Shown piece by piece: positions 1-13,198 of a stretch of DNA of 64,000 bases (its first letter is position 1; each line of letters opens with the position of its first letter). The stretch is from Candidatus Saganbacteria bacterium (GTDB lineage: Bacteria; Margulisbacteria; WOR-1; XYC2-FULL-46-14; WPAF01): assembly GCA_016223205.1 (NCBI GenBank), contig JACRPM010000013.1, forward strand, positions 5,002-69,001, given 5' to 3'. A model generated the notes under the pieces. It saw only the letters and a program-made list of their open reading frames with translations, ran no database searches and was not told the origin of the DNA. A program made the translations under genes and the position numbers.

Positions 1-6
1 TTAAGC

Positions 7-426
7 GTGCTCGAGCGCACCTTCTGCATGATAAAGCCTGATGCCTTGGCGCGCGGTTTAAAGGATCAAATTTTAGGTCGCATCAAAGAAGACGGTTTTA
101 ATATCATCAAGGAAAAAGAGTTAAAGATGGGCCGGACCGACGCGCAAAAGCTCTACGCGGTGCACCAGGGCAAATCTTTCTATGCCGGGTTGGTGAATTT
201 TATCACCTCGGGACCCGCGTATCTTATGGCGCTGGAACGGGAGGATGCCGTCCTGGAACTTAGGAAGCTGATGGGCGCGACCGATCCCCGCCAGGCCGCT
301 CCCGGGACCCTGCGCTCCGACTTTAAGGAAGATAATATCTTCAATTCGGAAGGCATCATGAAGAACGTGATCCACGGCTCCGATTCGGTCGAGAACGCGA
401 AATATGAAATATCTATTTTCTTTTAG
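7..426 (+). CDS. ndk: Nucleoside diphosphate kinase
   Basis: ERTFCMIKPDA, GATDP and NVIHGSDS catalytic His motif. Confidence 0.95.
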   Translation: MLERTFCMIKPDALARGLKDQILGRIKEDGFNIIKEKELKMGRTDAQKLYAVHQGKSFYAGLVNFITSGPAYLMALEREDAVLELRKLMGATDPRQAAPGTLRSDFKEDNIFNSEGIMKNVIHGSDSVENAKYEISIFF

Positions 427-1225
427 CTTAGTTTTAATGCTGCTGTGCGGAATAGCCGCGGCGGAGGAGATAAATTTTCCCGCTCTGCAGGGCTATGTGA
501 ATGATTTTGCCAACGTGATCGGGCCCGGCGCCAAAGCGGAGATCACCGCTATCTGCGCCGACCTCGAAAAGCTTACCGGCGCGGAGATCGCGGTGGTGAC
601 CATGCCCAGCACCTCGCCGCTCGATGTAAAGACCTATGCGGTAAAACTCCTGGAGAAGTGGGGCATCGGAAAAAAGAGACAGGATAACGGTCTCTTGATC
701 CTGCTTTCGCTCACCGACCGCCGGGTGGAGGTGGAAGTGGGCTACGGGCTCGAAGGGGTCCTGCCCGACGCCAAAGTCGGCGAGATCGTCGACCGGGAGA
801 TGATCCCGCTCTTTGCCAAGGGGGAATTCGGGCAGGGACTGCTCAATGCCACCCGGGTTTACGCGGAGATCATAAAGAAAAATTATTACGGCGAAAAAGA
901 ACCGCTGCCCAGCGGCAATTCCGGGATCCCCTTTCTGCTTTTGATCATCATTGTGGTGATCGTTTTGAGCATTGTGATGCGTTCCGGATTTCCCAATCTT
1001 CTGGGGGGGATACTGGGTGCGGTCTTCGGATTTTACTATATACAGACCGTGATCGGAGCTATAATTGGAGCGGTTTTCGGATTTCTATTGGGTTACGGAG
1101 GAAGTTTTGGGGGTAGAATGTGGGGGGGGCCGTTCGGAGGTTTCGGTGGTGGAGGAGGCGGAGGAGGGTTTGGGGGATTCGGCGGAGGACGCAGTGGGGG
1201 TGGGGGAGCGGGTCGGAGTTTTTAG
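404..1225 (+). CDS. TPM domain protein (YgcG-like) with Gly-rich tail
   Basis: Signal peptide, YVNDFA, WGIG, VEVGYGLEGVLPD, C-terminal GGGRSGGGGA; next to lemA. Confidence 0.9.
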   Translation: MKYLFSFSLVLMLLCGIAAAEEINFPALQGYVNDFANVIGPGAKAEITAICADLEKLTGAEIAVVTMPSTSPLDVKTYAVKLLEKWGIGKKRQDNGLLILLSLTDRRVEVEVGYGLEGVLPDAKVGEIVDREMIPLFAKGEFGQGLLNATRVYAEIIKKNYYGEKEPLPSGNSGIPFLLLIIIVVIVLSIVMRSGFPNLLGGILGAVFGFYYIQTVIGAIIGAVFGFLLGYGGSFGGRMWGGPFGGFGGGGGGGGFGGFGGGRSGGGGAGRSF

Positions 1226-1226
1226 G

Positions 1227-1365
1227 CCTCACCCCTGCACCCCTCTCCATTTCATGGAGAGGGGACGGCAAGGAAAGGAGAACGGTAGTTTTAGAACAGA
1301 AAATAATCTATGAGTAGATTCCCTCTCCACGGAGTGGAGAGGGATGTCCGAAGGACAGGGTGAGG
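1227..1365. repeat. Palindromic MITE/REP-like element (CCTCACCC...CCCTCTCC-N7-GGAGAGGG x2...GGGTGAGG)
   Basis: Terminal inverted repeats and two internal hairpins; related copies at 9022-9171 and 54290-54369. Confidence 0.85.
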
Positions 1366-1380
1366 AAAAGGAGGAAAAAG

Positions 1381-1944
1381 ATGAAAGGTTGGATGTGGTT
1401 AGCCGGTATCGTGATCGTGATCCTTTTGATCGGTGGATGGGTGGCAGGCATCTACAACGGCTTGGTGGGAATGGACCAGGACGCCAAACAGAACTGGGCG
1501 CAGGTCGAGAACCAATTGCAAAGACGCTACGACCTTATCCCCAATTTGGTGGAGACCGTCAAAGGTTACGCCAAGCACGAAAAAACGCTTCTGGAGAACG
1601 TGACCCGGGCGCGCTCGGCCTGGGCTGGAGCCCAGACCCAAGGCGATAAAGTGGCGGCCGCCAATCAAATGGAGGGAGCCTTAGCTCGTTTGATGGTGGT
1701 AGTGGAGAATTATCCGCAGCTGCAAGCCGCCGCCAATTTCCGCGCGCTGCAAGACGAGCTGGCCGGCACCGAGAACCGCATTGCCGTGGCCCGCATGAGA
1801 TACAACGAATCCGTGCAATCCTACAATACCCGCGCGCGTTCCATACCCACGGTGTTCTTCGTCAGGATGTTCGGCTTTGACGGCGAAAAGATATTCTTTA
1901 AGGCCGCCGAAGGGGCCAAGGAAGCGCCCAAGGTAAAGTTCTAA
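1381..1944 (+). CDS. lemA: LemA family protein
   Basis: QLQRRYDLIPNLVETVKGY, ENYPQL, ELAGTENRIAVAR; ATG 1381 after GGAGG. Confidence 0.95.
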   Translation: MKGWMWLAGIVIVILLIGGWVAGIYNGLVGMDQDAKQNWAQVENQLQRRYDLIPNLVETVKGYAKHEKTLLENVTRARSAWAGAQTQGDKVAAANQMEGALARLMVVVENYPQLQAAANFRALQDELAGTENRIAVARMRYNESVQSYNTRARSIPTVFFVRMFGFDGEKIFFKAAEGAKEAPKVKF

Positions 1945-3320
1945 GTGAAGATCAAAGTCGCATCCGAAGCCGTAAGCGATCGCCGGATAGTCGGCCTGTT
2001 TGAGGGCGAAAAGCAGAAGGACGTTCCGGATTATTTCAAGGGCAAGCTCGGGCAGGTCGAGGTGGTGGGCCAAAAGATCGTGGTGGGGTTGGGAAAGCGC
2101 GAGAAATTCGACCTCGAAGCGGTTAGGACGGCTTCCTCGGCGGCGATAAAAAAGGCCCGGGAGATAAAAGCGGCAACCGTTTCCACGGTGATCTTCCGGG
2201 GACGCGGCCTAAGCCTTTGCGATGCCGCCAAGGCCATAGTAGAGGGCGCAGTGCTGGGTGTCTACCGGTTTGCCGGCTATGCCAAAGAAAAAGAAGAGCC
2301 GGATTTTGCGATCAGCCGGCTGGTCCTTGTTGTAAACGACAAGAAAGATCTCAAATCTGCCGAGAAGGGAGCGGAGCTCGGCCGCATCATCGCCGAGGCC
2401 GAAAATCACGCCCGCGACCTGGTGAACGAGCCCAGCAATAAGCTGACCCCCACGGCTTTCGCCAAGCTGGCGGAGCGCATCGCCAAGATCAACGACCTCA
2501 AATTCACCTCGCTCGATCCCAAAGCCGAAGGCCTGGGAGCCCTGCTGTCGGTAGCCAAGGGCTCCGATGAGCCCCCGCGCCTGGTAATGCTGGAGTACCG
2601 GGGCGATCCAAAGTCCAAAGAAAAGATCGCGCTCATCGGCAAGGGCATCACTTTTGATTCGGGCGGCATTTCGCTCAAGCCCAGCAAGAAGATGTACGAA
2701 ATGAAGTGCGATATGGCGGGGGCGGCGGCGGTGCTGGGGGTGATGAGCCTGCTCAACGACCTTAGGCCCAAAAAGAACGTGATCGGGGTAATTCCCCTGA
2801 CCGAGAACATGCCCTCGGGGCACGCCACCAAGCCGGGGGATGTGGTAACCTCCCTTTCCGGTTTGACCGTTGAGATCATCAACACCGATGCCGAGGGCCG
2901 CCTGATACTGGCCGATGCCGTGACGTACGCCAAAAACTTAGGCGCCACCAAACTGGTGGATATCGCCACCCTGACCGGGGGCTGTATCGTGGCGTTGGGC
3001 GACGATGCCACCGGGGTCATCGGCAACAACCAAAAGCTGATCGACCAGATCGTTGAGACCGGCAATGCCTGCGGGCAGAAGATGTGGCAGCTGCCGCTTT
3101 ATGACGAATTCAAGCAGAGCTTAAAAAGCAAGCTGGCCGATATCAAGAATTCTTCCGAGACCGGCAAGGCCCAACCCTCGACCGGCGCCGCCTTTATCGC
3201 CAAATTCGTGGGAGATACCCCCTGGGCGCACCTCGATATCGCCGGCACCGCCTTTTTGGACAAGGAGCACGGGTACCTGCCGGAGGGCGCCACCGGAGTG
3301 CCGGTCCGCACGCTCATCGA

Positions 3321-3336
<16 letters not shown>
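1945..3336 (+). CDS. pepA: Leucyl aminopeptidase (M17)
   Basis: GKGITFDSGG, MKCDMAGAA, NTDAEGRL, WAHLDIAG. Confidence 0.95.
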
Positions 3337-3990
<654 letters not shown>

Positions 3991-3998
<8 letters not shown>

Positions 3999-5016
3999 AC
4001 TGCAAGGCCTGGCAGAAGTGGTGCTCAAGAGCATGGCCGAGGGCGTGCTGGTGACCGATGAAGACGGCAAGATCGTGCTGGCCAACCTGGCGGTGGAGCG
4101 CGTCTTTTCGGTGACCGAGCCGGAGATCAAGGGAAAGACCATTCGTTTGGCCATCCGCAATAACGAGATCGCCGACCTGGCCGCCGAAGTGATCAAGACC
4201 AAAAAAACGGTAGAGCGGGAGATCAGCATCATTTTTCCAGTGGAGGCGGATTTTCTAGCTTTGGCTTCTCCGGTGCAGAGGGAGGGGGGAGGGGTAGTAT
4301 GCGTACTGCACGATATCACGCAGCTGCGGAAGCTCGAACGCTTCCGTTCGGAATTCGCGGCCAATATCTCCCATGAGCTTAAAACCCCTTTGACCTCGAT
4401 CCGCAATTATGTGGAGACCCTGCTGGCCGGGGCGCTTAAGGACGAAAAACACAACCTGGAATTTCTAAACAAGATCGAAAAGCACGCCCTCAATCTTTCT
4501 TCCCTGATCGAAGATATTTTGGAGATCTCGAAGCTGGAATCGCGCCAGCAGATCGGGCAATTTTCCCGGGTGGATCTGGCGGTCGTGATCGACCATGCAG
4601 CCGAGACCATCGCGGAGAAGGCCAAAAAGAAGAAGATCGCTATCCAAAAGACCTGCGAGAAAGACGCCTTCCTGATCCAGGGGTTGGGAGACCATATTTA
4701 CCGCGCTATTTTGAACCTGCTGGATAATGCGATCAATTATACCAACGAAGGCGGCCGGGTTGAGATCTCTTGTTACCGTAATGACGGCCAAATTATCGTA
4801 AATGTCAAAGACAGCGGCATCGGCATCACCGCAGAGCACCTGCCGCGCATCTTCGAGCGCTTCTACCGGGTGGACAAGGCCCGCTCTCGTGAGCTGGGAG
4901 GCACCGGTTTGGGCTTGGCCATAGTCAAGCACGTTATGAACCTGCATAACGGGACGGTTTCGGCTGAAAGCAAGGAAGGTCAAGGCTCCACCTTCACGCT
5001 CACCTTCCCCGCCTAA
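3991..5016 (+). CDS. phoR: PhoR-type histidine kinase (PAS-HisKA-HATPase), apparently without TM segments
   Basis: ANISHELKTPLTSI, NLLDNAINY, RIFERFYRVDKARSRELGGTGLGLAIVKH; likely TTG start at 3991 overlapping phoB. Confidence 0.88.
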
Positions 5017-5021
5017 AATAA

Positions 5022-5065
5022 TTTACCTGTCGTTAACATTCAATTCATCAATCCTTAATCGCCTC
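5022..5065 (+). promoter_or_regulatory. Pho box (four 11-bp-phased TTWAYN half sites)
   Basis: TTTACC 5022, TTAACA 5033, TTCATC 5044, TTAATC 5055, upstream of the porin-pst operon. Confidence 0.75.
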
Positions 5066-5097
5066 CTCCGATAATAATGGCATAAGGAGGATGAAAC

Positions 5098-5706
5098 ATG
5101 CTTAAAAGATCGATCCTGATCCTGGCCTTGGTGATTATTTCAACATCCTTCGCCCGGGCGGATTCAGAATTATGGTTGACGACCACCCTGCAAAAACCCA
5201 TCAGAGAAGGCCTGGCTTTTAATGTGATCCCCGAAATTCGCGTCCGGAACAATATGAGCGACCTGTACTACCTCCGCCTCTATCTCGGCCCGGCATTCCA
5301 ATTGAGCAAGAATTGGGGTCTTAATGTTTATTACGCGCCCAATTATGTGAAAAGCGGCAGTTACTGGACCTCGCTTTATTATCTGGACGCGATCTATAAT
5401 TTGCCCTTGCCCTGGCTGGTCTTTAACAACCGAGCGCGGTTCGAATTTGACGCCGCTCCCCAGGTCCTTAAATACCGCGATCAATTTTTGTTCAGCCGCA
5501 ACGGCTGGTTCGCGGCCGATGAACTTTTTTATAATTTGAACCGGGGCTACTTCGATGAAGGACGATCTTTCATCGGCTACACCTTCAAGGTTCGGGACAA
5601 GATCGATCTTTCGCTTGGTTATCTGTGGCGCCGACAGAAGGCGACCCCAACGGCGGATTGGGTGAGGACCGGCGCATTTAATGTGGGCGCGAAAATAGTT
5701 TATTAA
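5098..5706 (+). CDS. Outer-membrane beta-barrel protein (DUF2490-like), possible phosphate porin
   Basis: Signal peptide, alternating aromatic strands, terminal Tyr; first gene after Pho box. Confidence 0.6.
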   Translation: MLKRSILILALVIISTSFARADSELWLTTTLQKPIREGLAFNVIPEIRVRNNMSDLYYLRLYLGPAFQLSKNWGLNVYYAPNYVKSGSYWTSLYYLDAIYNLPLPWLVFNNRARFEFDAAPQVLKYRDQFLFSRNGWFAADELFYNLNRGYFDEGRSFIGYTFKVRDKIDLSLGYLWRRQKATPTADWVRTGAFNVGAKIVY

Positions 5707-5718
5707 GGAGAAAATCTC

Positions 5719-6570
5719 ATGAAATTAGGTTTGGTTATTGTTTCTTGTCTCTTGGTTATTGTGTTGGTTGCCGGCTGTGGCGGCGGTAAAAAAGCCATCC
5801 AGGTCAAAGGCTCCGACACCATGGTGAACCTGGGCCAGGCCTGGTCCGAGGAATTTATGAAACAGAACCCGGAGATCTCCATTGCGATGACCGGCGGCGG
5901 TTCGGGAACGGGAATAGCGGCCCTGATCGGCGGGACCACCGATATCGCCCAGGCCTCGCGCAACATGGAACCCAAGGAGATCGAGCTGGCACGGAAAAAG
6001 GGCATCGAACCCAAAGAGATCCACGTGGCCAACGACGGCATCACCCTGGTGGTCCACCCGAAAAATCCGGTCAGCCGGCTGACCGTTAAACAGCTTTCCG
6101 ATATATATATCGGGAAGATCAAGAATTGGAAAGAGGTGGGCGGCCCGGACCTGAAGATCGTGGCGCTCTCGCGCGAAAGAAATTCCGGGACTCATGTTTT
6201 CTTTTTGGAGCACGTCGTCAAGCTGGGCGAAAAAAAGAACAAGAACGAATTCGCCCCTGCCATCCTCATGATGCCTTCCTCGCAGGCCATAATAGAAGAG
6301 GTCAAGGCCAATCCTTCGGCCATCGGCTATGTGGGCTTAGGTTACTTGACCGACCAGGAGAAAGCCCTGGAGATCGCCCGCGCTCCGGGTTCGGCCTATG
6401 TAAAACCTTCTATTAAAACCGTCACCAGCAACCAGTATCCCATTTCGCGCTCCCTGCTTTTCTATACCAATGGGGAACCGACCGGAGATGTTAAATCGTT
6501 CATCGATTATGTCTTAAGCAAGCCAGGCCAAAAGATGGTCTTGAAAATGGATTTTGTGCCTATCAAGTGA
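5719..6570 (+). CDS. pstS: Phosphate ABC transporter substrate-binding lipoprotein
   Basis: Lipobox VAGC, KGSDTM, GGGSGTGIAAL, SRERNSGT, YPISRSL. Confidence 0.95.
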   Translation: MKLGLVIVSCLLVIVLVAGCGGGKKAIQVKGSDTMVNLGQAWSEEFMKQNPEISIAMTGGGSGTGIAALIGGTTDIAQASRNMEPKEIELARKKGIEPKEIHVANDGITLVVHPKNPVSRLTVKQLSDIYIGKIKNWKEVGGPDLKIVALSRERNSGTHVFFLEHVVKLGEKKNKNEFAPAILMMPSSQAIIEEVKANPSAIGYVGLGYLTDQEKALEIARAPGSAYVKPSIKTVTSNQYPISRSLLFYTNGEPTGDVKSFIDYVLSKPGQKMVLKMDFVPIK

Positions 6571-7433
6571 AAAGGGCCTTTGAATATTTCATCGAAAAGC
6601 TGATCCTGCTCTCGGGGATCGCGTCGATAATCTTCGTGATCCTGATATTCATTTTCCTGCTTAGGGAAGGGCTATCCCTTTTTGCCGCGACCAATCCGCT
6701 GGAGTTCCTTTTTGGCCGGAACTGGTATCCCATCTCGGATCCGCCGCAGTTCGGCATATTGCCGCTTATCTTAGGATCGCTTTTGGTAACCCTGGGCGCG
6801 ATCATCATCGCCGTACCCCTGGGCATTGCCGCCGCGGTCTATGTGGCGGAGATCGCCCCCCTGTGGCTGCGCGACATCTTAAAATCGGGGATCGAACTAT
6901 TAGCGGCGATACCGAGCATCGTTTTGGGTTTTATCGGCATCGCGACTTTGGCCCCAATGCTCAAGGCCGTCTTTCACCTGCCCAGCGGGCTTACCGCCCT
7001 GGCCGGCTCCATCATGCTGGCCTTTATGGCCATGCCCACCATCGTTTCGATCATCGAGGATTCCATCGTCTCGGTGCCCAAAAGTTACAAAGAAGGATCG
7101 TTAGCCCTGGGCGCCACCCATTGGCAGACCATTTACAAGGTGATCCTGCCGGCGGCTTCGTCCGGGATACTCGCGGCCATTATGCTCGGCATTGGCCGGG
7201 TGGTGGGCGAGACCATGGCGGTCTTAATGATCACCGGCAACGCCGCGGTCCTGCCCACCAGTTTCCTCCAGCCCGTCCGGACCTTGACGGCCACCATCGC
7301 CGCCGAGATGGGGGAGGCGGTGGCCGGCAGTTCGCATTATTACGCGCTGTTCGCCATCGGCATAGTGCTCTTTGTGATCAGTTTTGTTATCAACCTGCTG
7401 GCGGACATGTTCCTGCACCGGAAGGTTAAATAA
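6567..7433 (+). CDS. pstC: Phosphate ABC permease PstC
   Basis: ELLAAIPSIV, GRVVGETMAV. Confidence 0.95.
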   Translation: MKRAFEYFIEKLILLSGIASIIFVILIFIFLLREGLSLFAATNPLEFLFGRNWYPISDPPQFGILPLILGSLLVTLGAIIIAVPLGIAAAVYVAEIAPLWLRDILKSGIELLAAIPSIVLGFIGIATLAPMLKAVFHLPSGLTALAGSIMLAFMAMPTIVSIIEDSIVSVPKSYKEGSLALGATHWQTIYKVILPAASSGILAAIMLGIGRVVGETMAVLMITGNAAVLPTSFLQPVRTLTATIAAEMGEAVAGSSHYYALFAIGIVLFVISFVINLLADMFLHRKVK

Positions 7434-8278
7434 TGGACACCAAAACCAAAGAAAAAATAGCATTTATCATCCTGCTTATCGCTACCATACTCGTAGTAAC
7501 TCCGGTGGCGCTGATCATGCTGTTGGTGCTCATAAACGGGCTCCCGGCGCTGACCCCCGAATTTATTTTCGGCTCGCCGCGCGAAGGCATGCGGGCCGGG
7601 GGGATCTTTCCGGCGATCGTCGGCACTTTGTATCTGACGCTGGGGACCGCGGTCTTCTCCATTCCATTGGGGATACTGGCGGCGATCTATTTAAACGAAT
7701 ACGCCGCCCGCAACTGGCTCACGCGCACCATTGAGCTGGCCATCATCAACCTGGCCGGAGTGCCATCGATCGTCTACGGCCTGTTCGGCCTGGGATTGTT
7801 CGTCACCTTCCTCAATTTCGGCGCCTCGATCCTTTCGGGGTCGTTGACCTTGGCGATCATGACGCTGCCGGTCATTATCACCGCCACGCGGGAGGCCTTA
7901 AACTCCGTGCCCCGCTCTTTCCGCGAGGTCAGCTTTTCTTTGGGAGCATCGCGCTGGCAGACCGTGCGGCACGTGGTACTGCCCAACGCCATACCCGGGA
8001 TATTGACCGGCACCATACTGGGGCTTTCACGGGCGGCGGGTGAGACCGCCCCGATCCTCTTTACCGTAGCCGCCTTCTATCTGCCCCGGCTGCCGCAATC
8101 GGTCTACGACCAGGCCATGGCCCTGCCGTACCATATATATGTCCTCTCCACCCAGGTGCCCAATGTCTCGGTCAAGGTCCAGTACGGCACCGTGCTGGTA
8201 TTGGTGCTCTTGATCTTTGTCCTCAACTTGGCCGCTTCGGTTTTGCGGACCAGGTTCCGCCGGAGAAAAACATGGTAA
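7433..8278 (+). CDS. pstA: Phosphate ABC permease PstA
   Basis: NLAGVPSIVYGLFG, RAAGETAPI. Confidence 0.95.
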   Translation: MDTKTKEKIAFIILLIATILVVTPVALIMLLVLINGLPALTPEFIFGSPREGMRAGGIFPAIVGTLYLTLGTAVFSIPLGILAAIYLNEYAARNWLTRTIELAIINLAGVPSIVYGLFGLGLFVTFLNFGASILSGSLTLAIMTLPVIITATREALNSVPRSFREVSFSLGASRWQTVRHVVLPNAIPGILTGTILGLSRAAGETAPILFTVAAFYLPRLPQSVYDQAMALPYHIYVLSTQVPNVSVKVQYGTVLVLVLLIFVLNLAASVLRTRFRRRKTW

Positions 8279-9021
8279 AAGTCAAAATTAATAATTTGAG
8301 CGTTTGGTATAACAACCAGCCGGCAGTCAAGAATATTTCTCTTGAAGTAAAAACCAATGAGATCCTGGGTGTGATCGGTCCGAGCAACAGCGGCAAGACC
8401 TCTTTCTTAAAGACCTTAAACCGCTTAAACGAGCTTTATCCTAATTCCCGGACGACCGGGGAAGTTTTGCTTGATGGCCTGGATATTTTTAAGCAGGTCG
8501 ACAAGCACCTGCTGCGTAAAAGGGTGGGGATCGTCTTTGCCCTGCCTTTGCCCTTGCCGCTTTCTATCTTCGACAACATCGCTTACGGCCCGAGAATGCA
8601 CGGCATCAAAAGCCGGAAGAAGCTCCAGGAGATCGTGGAGAGGTCGCTTAGGTCGGCGGCCATCTGGGACGAGGTGAAGGACCGCCTGCCGGTAAACGCC
8701 TTTAAGTTGTCAGGGGGGCAGCAGCAGCGGCTGTGCATCGCGCGAACGCTGGCGGTGGAGCCGGAGGTCATCCTTTACGATGAGCCCTGCTCCGGGCTCG
8801 ATCCCATCTCGACCCTGCGCATCGAAGAAGCCATGCGGGAATTGAAAAAAAATTATACCCAGGTTTTGGTCACCAACAACGTCAAGCAGGCCGCCAGGGT
8901 TAGTGACCGCACGGCTTACTTCCTCATGGGGGAGATGATCGAGATCGGGGAGACCAAGGACGTCTTCACCCGGCCGGCCGATAAACGCACGGACGATTAC
9001 ATCACGGGGAGATTCGGATGA
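8272..9021 (+). CDS. pstB: Phosphate ABC ATPase PstB (copy 1)
   Basis: GPSNSGKT, LSGGQQQRLCIAR, TDDYITGRFG; H-loop reads TNN. Confidence 0.9.
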   Translation: MVKVKINNLSVWYNNQPAVKNISLEVKTNEILGVIGPSNSGKTSFLKTLNRLNELYPNSRTTGEVLLDGLDIFKQVDKHLLRKRVGIVFALPLPLPLSIFDNIAYGPRMHGIKSRKKLQEIVERSLRSAAIWDEVKDRLPVNAFKLSGGQQQRLCIARTLAVEPEVILYDEPCSGLDPISTLRIEEAMRELKKNYTQVLVTNNVKQAARVSDRTAYFLMGEMIEIGETKDVFTRPADKRTDDYITGRFG

Positions 9022-9171
9022 CCTCACCCACCATTCCTCATTATCATTCGGAATGGTCCCCCCTCTCCATCGGAGATGGAGAGGGCCGAAAGGGAAGAAT
9101 GATTCAAGTTGCATCTGCCCTCTCCACGAAGTGGAGAGGGGGGACCCGAGCGACGCGAAGGGTGGGTGAGG
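9022..9171. repeat. Palindromic MITE/REP-like element, same family as 1227-1365
   Basis: CCTCACCC...CCCTCTCC/GGAGAGGG x2...GGGTGAGG fills the gap between the pstB genes. Confidence 0.85.
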
Positions 9172-9172
9172 G

Positions 9173-9931
9173 ATGAAGAAAAACAAGATCGAAGTGAAGG
9201 ACCTGGACCTTTTTTACGGCGATTTCCACGCGCTCAAGGACGTCAAGGTCGGCATAGAAGAAAAGGTGATCACCTCGATCATCGGGCCCAGCGGCTGCGG
9301 TAAGTCCACCCTGCTTAGGGTCCTAAACCGCATGAACGACCTGGTGGAAGGGATCAAGATCACGGGGTCGGTTAAGATCGACGGGCAGGATGTGTACTCA
9401 CCGAATTGCGACCTGGTGGCCCTGCGCAAGCAGGTGGGAATGGTCTTTCAGCGGCCCAATCCCTTCCCGCTTTCCATTTATGATAACGTCATCTACGGTC
9501 CGCGGGTCCACGGCGAAAAGGACCGGGATCGTTTAAACGCGCTGGCGGAAGAGAGTTTGCGTTCGGTTTTGCTCTTCGACGAGCTTAAAGATCATTTGCG
9601 GGATTCGGCCTTGACCCTTTCGCTTGAGCAGCAGCAGCGCCTGTGCATCGCGCGGCTTTTAGCGGTCTGCCCGGAAGTGATACTGCTCGATGAGCCCTGT
9701 TCGGCGCTCGATCCTTACTCCACCCTAAAGATCGAAGAGTTGCTGCAAACGCTCAAAAGGGACTATACTATCCTGATAGTTACGCACAACATGCAGCAGG
9801 CGGCGCGGGCATCGGATTTTACTTTTTACATGCTTTTGGGAGAGATGATCGAGTACGGCGAGACCAAACAGGTCTTCACCTCTCCCCAGGATCCCCGCAC
9901 CGAGGAATACATTACAGGGAGGTTTGGATAA
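9173..9931 (+). CDS. pstB: Phosphate ABC ATPase PstB (copy 2)
   Basis: GPSGCGKST, VTHNMQQAAR, TEEYITGRFG; signature motif altered to LSLEQQQ. Confidence 0.9.
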   Translation: MKKNKIEVKDLDLFYGDFHALKDVKVGIEEKVITSIIGPSGCGKSTLLRVLNRMNDLVEGIKITGSVKIDGQDVYSPNCDLVALRKQVGMVFQRPNPFPLSIYDNVIYGPRVHGEKDRDRLNALAEESLRSVLLFDELKDHLRDSALTLSLEQQQRLCIARLLAVCPEVILLDEPCSALDPYSTLKIEELLQTLKRDYTILIVTHNMQQAARASDFTFYMLLGEMIEYGETKQVFTSPQDPRTEEYITGRFG

Positions 9932-9933
9932 AT

Positions 9934-10596
9934 ATGGACGCTTTGAGAAAGACCTTTGAGCAGGAATTGAAGGACCTGGAGGAACAGGTGATGGCCATGG
10001 GCATCACGGTGATGGAGATGCTTAAGCGCGCCATGCAGGCCTATAAAAAAGAGGACGGCAAGCTTATCGAAGAGGTCATCAAGCTGGATGACACGGTCGA
10101 CAAATATAATCTGGAGATCGAGACCCATTGCCTGCAGCTTTTGGCCACCCAGCAGCCCATGGCGCGGGACCTGCGTTTTATCGCTTCCACCATGCGCATC
10201 ATCTCGGATATCGAGCGGATGGGGGATTACACCGTGGATGTGGCCAAATTTGCCCGCCGCCTCATCGGTCTTCCCAAGCTTTCGTTTACGAACTCGATCC
10301 CCGAGATGGGGGATCTGGTGATGCAAATGCTTAAGGAAACCCTGGAGGCGCTCTCCACCAAAGATCTGGGGCTGATCGTCAAGATGATCGAAGACGACAA
10401 CCGGGTGGACGCCGCCCTGCGCGATATGTTCGACAAGGTGCTCTCCGAGATCGAGCGCAATCCCAAAGCCGCCCGGGAAGCCATTTACCTGCTGTTGATG
10501 GCGCGGTATCTCGAGCGGGTGGCCGACCACATCACCAACGTAGGGGAACGCGTCCATTATTCCGAGACCGGCGAGATGAAGGAACTGCATGCCTAA
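9934..10596 (+). CDS. phoU: Phosphate signalling protein PhoU
   Basis: QQPMARDLR, DIERMGD, RYLERVADHITN. Confidence 0.95.
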   Translation: MDALRKTFEQELKDLEEQVMAMGITVMEMLKRAMQAYKKEDGKLIEEVIKLDDTVDKYNLEIETHCLQLLATQQPMARDLRFIASTMRIISDIERMGDYTVDVAKFARRLIGLPKLSFTNSIPEMGDLVMQMLKETLEALSTKDLGLIVKMIEDDNRVDAALRDMFDKVLSEIERNPKAAREAIYLLLMARYLERVADHITNVGERVHYSETGEMKELHA

Positions 10597-11653
10597 TGGG
10601 TGGTGGAACCTGCGACTGAAGTCGCGGTTCCTATTGATTTTTTTACTTCTGTCAGTACCGGCTTCAGCTTTTGAGATCAAGATCGTGAATTCTCCCAATG
10701 GCTCGATCGAAGCCGCGGGAAATAAGATCGGGCAAGTCATCTATCCCACCACTAAGGTTAATCCCAAAGGATTTACCGCCAGCCAATGGGTGGGCTCCGG
10801 CGAGGTGGCGGCCACCGCGGTCAACGCCATCCATATCAAAGTGGATAATGACCAGACCATTTTCTCGATTTTGCCCAGGGATTTTTTGCATCAGCTGTCC
10901 GGCTACAATTCTTATCTTAGTCCGGACTCCAGCATCTATACCGATATCGAAGCCGGGAAAGGGATCTTTGGTGGGGGATTTGCTCCGGCGGTAGGGGATA
11001 GGGTGCTGATCAACCGTTCGCTCATGCCGGCGGGATATTCCCCCAAAAGCGGCGATGTCATCACTATCCAGGCGGAAAATCCGGTCAGGTATCCCCGGGA
11101 GATCGTTTTTGAGAACAAATTCGGCGGCTCGGTCACAGCCATCTTTTCTGATAATGAACAACTGGTGATCGCCGAGGTCCTGCGGCCGGTTTTGGGAGTG
11201 GGAAGGTTCGCCGGCTCCCGCTTTGTCGGGCCCGGCCGCATCCGCGCTAACCATCCCGGGGTCATCGATATCTCAACTTCGGTAGGGGATAAAGTGGGCG
11301 GTTTCCAGATCATTCCCTCCCGCCACGCGCAAAGTCCCGAAATGGGAGGGGCGCGCACGGCTACCCAGTGGATGGTGGTAGGCCCGGCCTCGGTTAATGG
11401 GGTATCGCTCGAAGGCACAGCACTGCTTTTCCGCTACCTGATCCGGCCGCAATATAATGAAGACGACCTGGTCGCTCCCGATTGGGAGGCGCGTTTGCTT
11501 AACCGTTATTTGGTCGAAGCCAAGCTGGGGGATAAGGCCAAGTGGGGGCCCCTGCCGGTCTTTAACCTCAATCCCGGGGAAGACCTGCCGCCCGAGGCCA
11601 ACCGGGCCCTCCAAAAAGTGACGCACCTTCGCATTTTGTTCCCTGTGTTATAA
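10589..11653 (+). CDS. Exported hypothetical protein
   Basis: 354-aa ORF with signal-peptide-like segment ending ASA-F; function not recognised. Confidence 0.7.
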   Translation: MPNGWWNLRLKSRFLLIFLLLSVPASAFEIKIVNSPNGSIEAAGNKIGQVIYPTTKVNPKGFTASQWVGSGEVAATAVNAIHIKVDNDQTIFSILPRDFLHQLSGYNSYLSPDSSIYTDIEAGKGIFGGGFAPAVGDRVLINRSLMPAGYSPKSGDVITIQAENPVRYPREIVFENKFGGSVTAIFSDNEQLVIAEVLRPVLGVGRFAGSRFVGPGRIRANHPGVIDISTSVGDKVGGFQIIPSRHAQSPEMGGARTATQWMVVGPASVNGVSLEGTALLFRYLIRPQYNEDDLVAPDWEARLLNRYLVEAKLGDKAKWGPLPVFNLNPGEDLPPEANRALQKVTHLRILFPVL

Positions 11654-11660
11654 TATCCGC

Positions 11661-13190
<1,530 letters not shown>

Positions 13191-13198
13191 GGAGTTAA

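Noticed and set aside
5066..5076. CCGATAAT upstream of the porin as a regulon -10 element
   Set aside because: No TGAAAT 22 nt upstream; the region is occupied by the Pho box.
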